Positions 38,050-49,129 of a DNA stretch of 64,000 nucleotides are shown here, in pieces (within the stretch, counting starts at the first letter, position 1; the number at the start of each line of letters is the position of its first letter). The DNA is from Macrostomum lignano. Taxonomy: Eukaryota. The stretch lies in contig NIVC01000353.1 of NCBI GenBank assembly GCA_002269645.1, forward strand, positions 434,001 through 498,000. The letters are read 5' to 3'. The position numbers and the translations under genes were made by a program. Under the pieces are notes generated by a model. It did not search any database. It was not told the DNA's origin and worked only from the letters and a program-made list of their open reading frames with translations.

Positions 38050-39700
38050 GTCGGGTGTCCTGAAGACTGGCATCATAAAGACATGGTGCGCAGAGAATCC
38101 GAGACTTCCAGACAATCAACCCCCGTTTGCTCTTGACACCTTCGCAAACTGAAACCCAGCAGAATGTTTCTTTTAAACAGAAACTTTACAGCACCTGTTG
38201 CACTAGTTTCAAACTTTGGTATAGCCACGACAGCGCACCTTGTTCCCATTCCGAAAAAGCCAGGTACGATCAGGATCATTTAACACAGGGAATATACACT
38301 CGTAGCTGATATTGTGCACCCCGAAGCTCTTCAACAAGATCTTGCGTGGGGCCGAGGAGCCTCTGGCGGCTGTCTACCTGCAGCGACAACAGGCTGCTGT
38401 TGACGAAGCCATCCATGGGCGTCACCGCTGCTGGACCCGACGCCAAACGGCGCGCGGCCTGGTCCGTCATCAAACGCTCTGACCGGGCGGAAGTGGAGCA
38501 TCCCGCTCAACCCGGCTGGCGATAATCCGGATCAGTGGAAGAAATAACGTCGCCCCCGCTGCCAAACGATCTGAGGCTGCCGCAGGGGACGGCATTTTGC
38601 TGACAGAGGGTTTCAATGTAGCACAAGTCAGCACAGCCGACGTTGTGATGCTCGCTCAAAGACTTCGGGTGGCAAAGCGCTGGGTCCGGACGAGGTGCCC
38701 GAAATCTTCCGTATCTTCGCTATTCCGAAGAAACCGTGTACCACGCGCGGCACAGTGGTGCAGATCCTGGCTCTTCGGCGAGTCATCGAGGAAGCGCGGA
38801 CCCCCAGTCCAGCCTGATTACTCTCTTATTGACTTCAGGAAGGTCGTGAGGGCCGTGCTCCCAATGGTGCTTACAATTGTGATGTTCAACGTGCCAGAGC
38901 AGCTGATTTCCGCCGTCATGGCGCTGTACCATGGCACGAGAGCTGCTATGCGGACACCGGACGGCCTGTCGGATTTCTTTGAGACATCCTCTGGGGTGCT
39001 TCAGGGAGATACGCTTGAGCCATTCCTGTTCGTCCTGCTGCTTGACTGGGTGCTGCGAACCGCCCCAGCTCCCTTCTACCGACGACGGCTTCCTGCTGCA
39101 ACGACGCGTGGGTCTTCGCCAACCGGAGAGGCGGCTCGGCGTGCTTGACTACGTCGAAGATTTTACCTTGCTGTCCTCGACCCTCGAGGGCGCCCAGCGC
39201 CAGCTAGACTGGCTGTTGAGCGTTGCAGTGAGTGTCGGACTGGTAATCAACACGCGAAAGACCGTCGTGCTCTGCGTGCCGGGCGACATCGAGGCTGCAA
39301 TTTTCTGCCGAGACGCTGACAGACAGGGGACGAGGCTTCCGCGCTGTCAGCAGTTCGTCTACATCGGCGGTCTGATGCCTGACGTTCGCGAGGCCTGCTA
39401 GGCGCTACAAGTGCGGCTACGAGCGAGTCACCAATGCGGCACTCTACCGCCGCACCGGCCTGTCCCGTCCTAGCGAACTGTTGCGCACCGGGCAACTCCA
39501 TCTGGCAGGCCACATCCAAGCTGAGTCGTACTGCTCACAACCGGTGCCGAAGGTGCTGTTGCTCAAGCTGCAGGCACCCTACCGGCAGGGCAGGTGCGCA
39601 CTCGGCGTTTCGTCGACTGCCTGCTGACTGAAATGATGCCGGCGGTGCGGCCTACATTCGCGCCCAGGCCTTGAAACGAGCCCTGTGACCCAGGCTCACT
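38050..39700 (+). mobile_element. Degenerate RTE-clade non-LTR retrotransposon fragments (RT and 3' end)
   Basis: TAHLVPIPKKPG (~38230), IPKKP (~38722), GVLQGDTLEPFLFVLLLDWVLR, LDYVEDFTLLS..SVGLVINTRKT, FVYIGG. Many frameshifts. Followed by a (GTT)n tract at 39740-39780. Confidence 0.85.
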
Positions 39701-39739
39701 CTTGACTGGCTGACAATGCATTTTATCGTTGTTTTTGCT

Positions 39740-39779
<40 letters not shown>

Positions 39780-39808
39780 TTGTATTTTTATATTTGTTTA
39801 AACGTATA

Positions 39809-40657
39809 CACCATTTTACCTCCTATTTTGAACAAAGTCTTGTTCAAAAGAAACAAGCAGAACTTCAATTCAAACACTTTAGGAAATATCAGCCCTTGCG
39901 AAACTTCAATTCAAACAAAGTCCCTTTCTATTGAAACAGAAGAACTTCAATTCAGACTGTCTGTGGCCAAAATTGTCCCCGAATGACGCGCATGCACAGA
40001 TTTGAAATTCAAAAGAAACAAAGTCACATTCTATTTCGACAGAGATTTTTGCGCATACATTTAGATACGAGTACATTTTTAGTACATTAATCTAATTTTT
40101 TGTTTTTCCTGTACTGAAAAACTGTACAATCGTTGCGCAATAAGAAACGATATGAATGCTGAAGATCAGATTGAAGAAGACGATGATCAATTGCTGGAAG
40201 AAGGTGGAATCGGTGAATAGCACGGGAATCAGTCGATTGCGACCTATCGGCGAGACATTCTGTACAGCATGGTGGACAGAACCATTGGCTGCATCTCTGT
40301 GGACAAGTGCACTGAGTGGTTCAACCATGTGTTTACATGCTTCCCTCGCTGCCTTGGTGGACAGGCAATTGATAGTTAGGTGTCTCAAGTTGGCCAACTG
40401 ACACTGTCTTGTTCCTGTTTTTCATTTTACTCTTATGTTCGTCGATATGCTGTGTTTTATCCCTTTGTCGAAATAGAATGTGACTTTGTTTCTTTTGAAT
40501 TTCAAATATGCGCATGCGCGTCATTCGGAGATAATTTTGGCCACAGACAGTCTGAATTGAAGTTCTTCTGCTTCAATAGAAAGGGACTTCGTTTGAATTG
40601 AAGTTCTGCTTGTTTCTTTTGAACAAGACTTTGTTCAAAATAGGAGGTAAAATGGTG
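39809..40657. mobile_element. MITE with long (~230-250 bp) TIRs and TA target duplication
   Basis: TA|CACCATTTTACCTCCTATTTTGAACAAAG.. at 39807-9 and ..GGAGGTAAAATGGTG|TA ending 40657-9. Arms 39809-40070 and ~40465-40657 are inverted copies, the left with an internal duplication. Confidence 0.85.
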
Positions 40658-41050
40658 TAATACATCTGTTAGTAAAAGTAAATAAATAACATGCATACAT
40701 ATAGATATACATGTATATGTAGAGTAGAGCGTTGCAGACAATACATCTTAGGCATTCAGTACGAGTACACGTAACTCGTACGGCTCGTAGATGGATACAT
40801 GCTTTATTACGGCAATAAAGCTATTTTCTAACTTGCAATTTTATTTATTACAGTTTCGCTACTCTCATTAAAAACAAAATTGGTGACTGAAAATAACATA
40901 AAAAAAGCTACTCATCCTCGTTCAAAAAATAAACAGTAGGCAGTAAAACTTACATTGACTGCTCAAAAACTACGAGTATAATCAGTAAAAAGTAGAGCTC
41001 TTTGACCACCACATGAGCTTATTGTCGAAAACAGTAAACTTGTTTTCGCT

Positions 41051-41975
41051 TTATCGGCGGCCGGCCTGCTTTCTTTTAAAATAAGCCGCTTCCCGCTGGC
41101 TTTTCATATTCTTCAAATCCTTATTGATGGAATCTATTGGGGCCTTTTTTGACGTGGTAGGCCGGTTCACGGGCCAGCTGATGTCCAACTTCTTTTTTTG
41201 TGGCGGTGGCGCCGATTTAAAAGGATTTTTGACGCTCTTCACTGTGGAAGGAGAGTGCGGCGGCTCCGCTGTGTCTACCTGCCCGATTCCGCTGTGTCTA
41301 TCTGCCCCATTCCACTGTGTCTATCTGCCCCATTCCACTGTGTCTACCTGCCCTATTCCACTGTGTCTATCTGCCCCATTCCACTGTGTCTATCTACCCA
41401 TTCCGCTGTGTCTACCTGCCCTATTCCGCTGTGTCTACCTACCCTATTCCGCTGTATCTATCTACCCATTCCGCTGTGTCTACCTGCCCTATTCCGCTGT
41501 ATCTATCTACCTATTCCGCTGTGTCTACCTGCCCTATTCCGCTGTATCTATCTACCCATTCCGCTGTGTCTACCTGCCCTATTCCGCTGTATCTATCTAC
41601 CCTATTCCGCTGTATCTATCTACCCTATTCCGCTGTATCTATCTACCCTATTTTGCTGTGTCTATCTACCCTACTCTGCTGTGTCTACCTGCCTTATTCC
41701 GCTGTGTCTATCTACCCTACTCCGCTGTCTACCTGCCCTATTCCACTGCGTCTATCTACCCTACTCCGCTGTCTACCTGTCCTATTCCGCTGTGTCCATT
41801 TACCCTATCCCACTGTGTCTGTTCCTAAATCGTATTTCGAGCCCTATCAGCTAAAACACAAATAAGCATATTTACCTTTTGCCATAATAGGCCTGGGGCA
41901 TCCTTGAACTTCAGTAGCTAGCATCAGAGCCATTACCAGCACGCACAGAGTTGTGAGAAGTTGGCAGCTAGACAT
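41051..41975 (-). CDS. Cationic secreted-peptide family, copy G3, intact, 96 aa (exon 1 41876-41975, exon 2 41051-41241)
   Basis: MSSCQLLTTLCVLVMALMLATEVQG-CPRPIMAK|VKSVKNPFKSAPPPQKKKLDISWPVNRP..REAAYFKRKQAGRR*. Canonical phase-1 GT-AG intron with acceptor ctctccttccacag. Confidence 0.82.
41270..41820. repeat. 23-bp minisatellite, array 4 (G3 intron; diverged variant units)
   Basis: Same family, TATTCCGCTGTGTCTACCTGCCC-type variants. Confidence 0.95.
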
Positions 41976-42899
41976 TTTTGTATTAATATTTCTAGATTTG
42001 TTTAGATTTTCGGCTCGTGAACTAATCAGTTGTAGAGGTGGCAGTTCTTCAACTGAAGTCACAACAGCTCAAAGACGCTTTGTTACGAGTGGCTATGCGG
42101 CACCAGCGTAGTGAAAGTGCTGCCGAAAAATTGCTGGCAACAAGCATAACTTGCGTAATTTTTTGCCATAGATAAGTAAGATTTGATCAATCAAGTGCGA
42201 TAGAATCCGGCAAAAGTGCAGATTCTTATTATTTCCCTATTTACTTTCGCTGATTACAGGAAATTTAGATTTGGAACTTCTAAAGACCTTTACTGCTGTG
42301 TCCCAAAGTAGACTGACGTCGCAATTAGAATTTAATGTAACTTGCATCACTGAATATAGATATTTTAGTATATTAGAAGCTCTATGGCTTTTTTGTTAAT
42401 TATCGTAGTTTTATACAAGAAAGAAGTCATGCATAGAATGAGTATGAGATGAATGTACATAAGTCTACGTACATTCAAATTTAATCAACACATCTCATCC
42501 CAGATAGTTAACCAACGAATGGACAGAAGCCCTCGAAGTCACACTCGCCTCCTACAATCTGACAGGTGCGCAACTGAAAGTCTGACATTTTCAAGCCGAG
42601 AGCTACCGGGCAAGCGACCATCCAACTCTCCGTTGAGGGACCACTCTGTTTGGACACCAGCAATAACGATACTGGATCTCCTTGCGCGACACCGCAGCAC
42701 CAGCTGCCCGTGATCGCCAGGGGTCAGCGGAATGGCAGCGACGCCTCCCGTTGCACTCGGATGCTTAGAGCCGCCTACAGCTGAGTCAAAAGAGGCGACA
42801 GCAGTGTAGCCACCCATGGAAGCGACAATTTTAGCTTGAGAGGCAGCCAAGGAGTTAGGTCAATCTTCCAGGTGATTATGTGATCATCTCCAGAGGTCA

Positions 42900-43510
42900 C
42901 ATTCCGCTGTGTCTATCTGCCCTATTCCACTGTGTCTATCTGCCCTATTCCACTGTGTCTATCTGCCCTATTCCACTGTGTCTATCTGCCCTATTCCGCT
43001 GTGTCTATCTGCCCTATTCCACTGCGTCTATCTGCCCTATTCCACTGTGTCTATCTGCCCTATTCCGCTGTGTCTATCTGCCCTATTCCACTATGTCTAT
43101 CTGCCCTATTCCACTGTGTCTATCTGCCCTATTCCGCTGTGTCTATCTGCCCTATTCCACTGCGTCTATCTGCCCTATTCCACTGTGTCTATCTGCCCTA
43201 TTCCGCTGTGTCTATCTGCCCTATTCCACTGTGTCTATCTGCCCTATTCCGCTGTGTCTATCTGCCCTATTCCACTGTGTCTATCTGCCCTATTCCGCTG
43301 TGTCTATCTGCCCTATTCCGCTGTGTCTATCTGCCCTATTCCGCTGTGTCTATCTGCCCTATTCCGCTGTGTCTATCTGCCCTATTCCGCTGTGTCTATC
43401 TGCCCTATTCCGCTGTGTCTATCTGCCCTATTCCGCTGTGTCTATCTGCCCTATTCCGCTGTGTCTATCTGCCCCATTCCACTTTGTCTATCGACTGTAT
43501 CTGCCCTGTT
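42900..43510. repeat. 23-bp minisatellite, array 5
   Basis: Same unit, highly homogeneous. Confidence 0.96.
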
Positions 43511-43777
43511 CCATACGAACGTAGGCTAGTTGACCTTGACGCCAAAATTCTCTATGAATGGACGATGATTCTGTATTTACCTGTTAGAGATTTCTACTCG
43601 CTGATGGTATTCAAATGCAACTTTTCAATGCCTAAAATCTATGAGAGTGACGTCGGCACTGTACAGGAACTGCATGACTATTTCTCTGACTTCTCTCAGT
43701 AAAAGCAATGTCGAAAGAGTATGATCTATATTGTACCATTGTCACTGCAGACAAGACATCTTAGATAATTAGTGTGT

Positions 43778-44673
43778 AAACTGCCAGCCGACAACTGCCA
43801 GCCGACAACTGCCAGCCGACAACTGCCAGTCGACAACTGCCAGCCGAGAAAACTGCCAGCCGACAACTGCCAGCCGACAATTGCCAGCCGAGAAAACTGC
43901 CAGCCGACAACTGCCAGCCGACAATTGCCAGCCGAGAAAACTGCCAGCCGGAAAACTGCCAGCCGACAACTGCCAGTCGACAATTGCCAGCCGAGAAAAC
44001 TGCCAGCCGGAAAACTGCCAGCCGACAACTGCCAGCCGAGAAATCTGCCAGCCGACAACAGTTGAAGGAGAAAGCATTCAAATTTTGTATTTTAGGTAGC
44101 CTTTGTTCTTTCTTTGAAAGCTTTATTTAAGTAAAGTAATTTAATATACTTATCTAGGATTGCGTCATATAGCAATCGCAATCGCAAATTAAATAATAAA
44201 GTAAATATAAACTTTCAATACAGAAATATTTACAATAGGCATTACAAAATGCCTTCTCCTTCACATATATACTTCTAATGGAAATCTGAAAAATTTAGGG
44301 AAGAGAAGGGCGACATTTAAGGCTACCCCACAAGCCTTTTGCTAGCCAAACAGTTTTGTGCTTTTTACTTAGCTAATAAGTAGGCTACAGTAGATTCAAT
44401 TATCTAGAACTTGTCCGCTGGCAGTTGTCGACTGGCAGTTGTCGGCTGGCAGTTTTCCGGCTGGCAGTTTTCTCGGCTGGCAATTGTCGACTGGCAATTG
44501 TCGGCTGGCAGTTGTCGGCTGGCAGTTTTCCGGCTGGCAGTTTTCTCGGCTGGCAATTGTCGGCTGGCAGTTGTCGGCTGGCAGTTTTCCGGCTGGCAGT
44601 TTTCTCGGCTGGCAATTGTCGGCTGGCAGTTGTCGGCTGGCAGTTGTCGGCTGGCAGTTTTCCGGCTGGCAGT
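43778..44673. mobile_element. Foldback-like structure: two inverted arms (43778-44060, 44412-44673) built of 14-16-bp CTGCCAGCCG(ACAA/AGAAAA/GAAAA) units
   Basis: Arms are reverse complements around a ~350-bp AT-rich spacer. No TSD found. Confidence 0.55.
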
Positions 44674-44775
44674 TGGGGTGGACCCCCCATGTCCAGCAGA
44701 GTGGACGACAGCGCACCTAGGTCCCAGTTCGAAGAATCCCGGCACGACCAAGATCGAAGAACACAGGGGCAAATA
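44674..44775 (+). mobile_element. Short RTE RT fragment
   Basis: PAEWTTAHLGPSSKNPGTTKIEEHRG, homologous to the fragment at ~38230. Confidence 0.6.
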
Positions 44776-45262
44776 CGTATTCAAATTAAACCTTACGATA
44801 CCTACAATTTATGAGTGATGTTTACACTCAACTGCATCACCATTACTTTGAGCTCTTTCGCTAAAATCAATGTCAAAACGCGTTTTCGAATATTTGTTGG
44901 ATGCATTACTTTACGCTTGTATACAAGCTATAGAGTACACGACTAGAGCGTTGCAGACAATATTGTACATGTTAGGCATTCAGTACGAGTACATGCAACT
45001 CGTAGATGGATACATGCTTCATTATGGCAAAAAGCTATTTGCAACTTGCAATTTTATTTATTAAAGTTTCGCTACTCTCGTTAAAAAGGGTGACTGAAAA
45101 AAATGTACAAAAAAGCTATACTCGTACTCCTTCAAAAAAATAAACAGCGTGCTAGTAGTCAATAAAGAACTCACATTGACTGCTCAAAAACGATGATCAG
45201 TAAAAAGTAGAGCTCTTTGACACCACATGAGCTTGTTGTCCAATGCAGTAAACTTTTTCGCT

Positions 45263-45677
45263 TCATAGCTTGCCGGCCTGCTTTCTTTTAAAATAAGCCG
45301 CTTCCCGTGCTTTTTTTCATTTTCTTCAAATCCTTATTGATGGACTTCATTGAGGCCATTTTTGACTTGACAGGCCGGTTCACGGGCCAGCTGATGTCCA
45401 GCTTCTTTCTTGGAGGAGGTGGCGGCGATTTAAACGGATTTCTTATGTTCTTCACTGCGGAAGAAAGGAGAGGCTCCGCTGTGACGAACTGCTCTATTCC
45501 GCCGTGTTTATCTGTCCTATTATTCCTACATCGTACGTAGAGCCCATGTCAACTAGAACACAAATTAGGATATTTACCTCTTCTTAAAATAGGCCTAGGG
45601 CATCCTTGAACTTCATTAGCTAACATCAGAGCCGTTACCAGCAAACACAGACTGGTGAAAAGTTGACTGTTCGACAT
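45263..45677 (-). CDS. Cationic secreted-peptide family, copy G4 (exon 1 45578-45677, exon 2 45263-45454); +1 A in an A7 run near 45311-45317 shifts the C-terminus
   Basis: MSNSQLFTSLCLLVTALMLANEVQG-CPRPILRR|VKNIRNPFKSPPPPPRKKLDISWPVNRP... As assembled it ends KMKKSTGSGLF* (45288). With one A fewer it ends AREAAYFKRKQAGKL*, like G3. 123-nt intron. Confidence 0.75.
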
Positions 45678-45962
45678 TTTCGAAATTAATATTTTTATGC
45701 TTTTTTTACTCTTACTAAAATGGTAGCAATTATCTACTCGAATTAGAAATAGCTCAAAGCTTAGGTTTATTTTGGCCATGGACGATTGCAAAGATATAAA
45801 GTCAAATAATTGACTAAGATCTGGCGAAAGTGCAATATTTCTTCAAGTTGACTTACATGTACTTTACGCAGATGTCTATGGCCTAGACACCAACTGAGAG
45901 TCGGCATTACCTAAACCCTACATGTAGTCACATGCCAGATTTCGTTGGACATTATTAATTTT

Positions 45963-46759
45963 ATGCTGTCGCAGCCAGCAAAATTTCTTACTTGGAGCAA
46001 ATGCTTGGCATTCCTGTGTCTACTGGTTGTGATTACAAATCTTATTTCGTTGCCCATAGCAACCGAAGGATGCAGTAGCGGTAAGAAGAGATGGAATCTT
46101 GTTTCTGAACTTGGGAAATTTGTATAACGAGGGGACTACTCAGGTATAGAAGCGTCCGAAACTAAACGTTTCTTGGAAAATTTAGATTCTTAGAAAAGTT
46201 AGAAAATTAAAACTCTTATAGCTGAGTGTGTAGCAATAAAGTGTAACAGAATGATAAAATATGATAAAATAGATTTATAAAACCAATGAGTCGAGCTTTA
46301 ACCATGAATCTTTTATGATTTTTTATGATATAAAATTAACACAGAATCCTAATCTTCTGAACGAAAAAAGCTCTATGAATATCAATAGAGCTATAATAAA
46401 AAAGCAAGACATCAAAATATGAACATTGTCTCATATCAAGACGAAATTTAAAAAGCAATAATAGTTTTTGTGCTGAAAAAATGAAAACCTATATCTCCAT
46501 AATGTTTTTTTCGGAAAAAACCTGCCTCCTCTCCTAAAATTTTCAAAGAAACAGTTTCCAATCATTTTAGTTAAGTAGTCCTTGGTGTATAATAACTTTA
46601 CTTATAATTTAGTTTCCGCCCCCTAATCCTCTCGCCCGTTTCCCAGTCCAGTGCGTCAGACTAGTAAAGTGGTCTGCACCGTCTACCCGCCTCCAAACTC
46701 GAACAAGGGCCTACAAGCATGCTACCAAACATAAGCAGGCCAACATTTCGCAATGCTAG
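45963..46759 (+). CDS. Putative small secreted protein G6, head-to-head with G4 (exon 1 45963-46080; exon 2 starts 46647 or 46652)
   Basis: MLSQPAKFLTWSKCLAFLCLLVVITNLISLPIATEG-CSS, strong donor AGCG|GTAAGA (phase 1). Branch point CTAAT, pyrimidine tract and CAG at 46621-46646. Exon 2 is uncertain. Confidence 0.5.
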
Positions 46760-48027
46760 CAGCGGGCCGCAAGAGCAGAATTAATAGTATGCTGCCCAGA
46801 TAGACACGCCGCGTGGATCTGCTCTGCTTGCCTATAAATACTATACAAGTTTCAAACTTTAACAACTGGATGGTGAATTCACTCAGCGCATTATAGCATA
46901 CAAGCTACTTTCAGTTCAGTAGAAGTTGAAATACAAGTACAAGCATTGTAATTGCATTCCTTAAAGGCTCATTTATTGCTTCTCTGTCACATCCCATGCA
47001 GGCCATCCGTAGCTAAACCCTTAGGCCCAGGCCTAATTTTTATGTACATGTACATTTTAATGTACACGTCAATGTACATTTCAGTTGCCTTGGCTTACAA
47101 TGAACATTATGACTGAACCTAATTGTATTTTACTAAACACAAGTGTCTAAGCGGCCCAAGTATTTTATCATAAAATAGTTTATGTTAGCTTGTAGTTCAT
47201 TAGAGTTTATATAACTGTCATTCACTTTGTTTATCTGAATTCAGTACATTTTATAGTATACCTTTCTAATGTAGAAACACTTGCTGAAACTATACTGTTG
47301 TTATGCAATTTTTCTTTGTACAAATAAAGTAATTTTTTAATTAAAAATAACTTAAAGCGATTGGATACGTTTGTTAACGTTGTAAACTTTTCCGAGTACA
47401 AATTCAAATACATTGTTATTAAAGGTTCTACTGTTGTTGTAACGGCTAACTCAGAGAGCTGAAATTTAGGAAATGTGAATTTGATCGTGGCATGACATTG
47501 CCCAGCATGCATTCTATTTTAATCAACAAAAAAACTTGACGGAGTTTGAGTACTTGACCTAACATGATGTTTGAGTAGTCGCTGAGTTAAGAGAGGCTGA
47601 AAGTTTAACATGAAAGCCCCAACGAGCTGTAACAGCTGTAACAAACTGTGCCATCGAAGTTATAGAGCAGATCGTAGTCTACAACATGCCCCTTCGATAA
47701 CAAGTCTTTGGAAATAAAATTTGAGATCTTTCAAAGGGCACTAATAAGAACTCATCAAAGGGCAGGGGCTGATATAATACATAGGGAATTAAGTCTTTAA
47801 CTGACAGTACTTGAGTGCCTTCAGGAATCAGGAAAGCTATAAGTGGGGAGTCGGGGACTTGCTTCTGGCACGGCTGCTACGTGAGTACGTCAAGGTTGGT
47901 TGCGCAACTACGTCAACGGCCGGGGCGTGTTCATTACTATCCTCAACCTGTGGGGCGTGCTTGTTGGTTACTTGCTAGGCGTAGCAATTCGCCATCGAGG
48001 ACCCAAGCGGTGTTATATCGTCCGCGC

Positions 48028-49042
48028 GGGGCGCTTTCATTAGGCCGAAATTTCACTTCGCCGAAACTTCACTAGGCCGAAACTTCACTTTGCCGAAATG
48101 ACTAGCACGCTGTTTCAAAAGGCCGAAACTTCACTAGGCCGAAACTTCACATAGCCGAAAAATCATTTTAGCAGCGTCCTTACTATGGTCGAAAGGGGAT
48201 GTGAACTTAAGCCTCCAAAATGGAACCGCAAGCAGTGACGATTTCTCTGCACCAGTTTCTTTATTTTGACCTAAGTGTTTCTCTGCTACCAAAGTGGGAG
48301 CACGATATGGTCACTCAGTTTTTTGTATTTTCGACATTCCTGACTTCATTTGGGGGTGAACTCTGATTGCTTATTATTTTCATTGCATTTTCTGTCTCAG
48401 TCGGATGGACTTTTAAGTTATAGAGTGTTTGTATGTTTTCTATGGCTCCTTTGAAAGCATTCAGATTTGCCTGGATTCCGATTCGTAGAATATGCATGGC
48501 TCTAAGATTCACTTTAATGTTACCATGTTAGTTTCGGCCTAGTGAAGTTTCGGCCTAGTGAAGTTTCGGCCTAGTGAAGTTTCGGCCTAGTGAAGTTTCG
48601 GCCTAGTGAAGTTTCGGCCTAGTGAAGTTTCGGCCTAGTGAAGTTTCGGCCTAGTGAAGTTTCGGCCTAGTGAAGTTTCGGCCTAGTGAAGTTTCGGCCT
48701 AGTGAAGTTTCGGCCTAGTGAAGTTTCGGCCTAGTGAAGTTTCGGCCTAGTGAAGTTTCGGCCTAGTGAAGTTTCGGCCTAGTGAAGTTTCGGCCTAGTG
48801 AAGTTTCGGCCTAGTGAAGTTTCGGCCTAGTGAAGTTTCGGCCTAGTGAAGTTTCGGCCTAGTGAAGTTTCGGCCTAGTGAAGTTTCGGCCTAGTGAAGT
48901 TTCGGCCTAGTGAAGTTTCGGCCTAGTGAAGTTTCGGCCTAGTGAAAGAGGCTGCTAAAATGATTTTTCGGCAATGTGAAGTTTCGGCCTTGTAAAGGAA
49001 GATGCTTTCGGCGAAGTGAAATTTCGGCCTAGTGAAACCCCC
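48028..49042. mobile_element. Non-autonomous Mutator/foldback-like element with modular TIRs of a 16-bp unit (CTAGTGAAGTTTCGGC; ~25 tandem copies at 48540-48945)
   Basis: Left arm 48028-48175 is the reverse complement of the right arm. Near-perfect 9-bp flanking duplication cgtccgcgc (48019-27) / cgtctgcgc (49043-51). Confidence 0.7.
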
Positions 49043-49129
49043 CGTCTGCGCCGCGCCCGTCACGTTGGCTTGCCAATAATAAATGAGGATTCGAGCTGCC
49101 TAATGTGCCATGTCTTTAGCCAGGAGGTC

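Noticed and set aside
42453-42890. ORFs next to array 5 as another peptide-gene exon or a LINE endonuclease
   Set aside because: No in-frame acceptor, no family motif, and APE motifs are not in a convincing order.
34092-43702. CHIPLCLSALFH-type Cys-rich ORFs
   Set aside because: All three frames of the same 23-bp array give the same permuted peptide, the signature of a non-coding tandem repeat.
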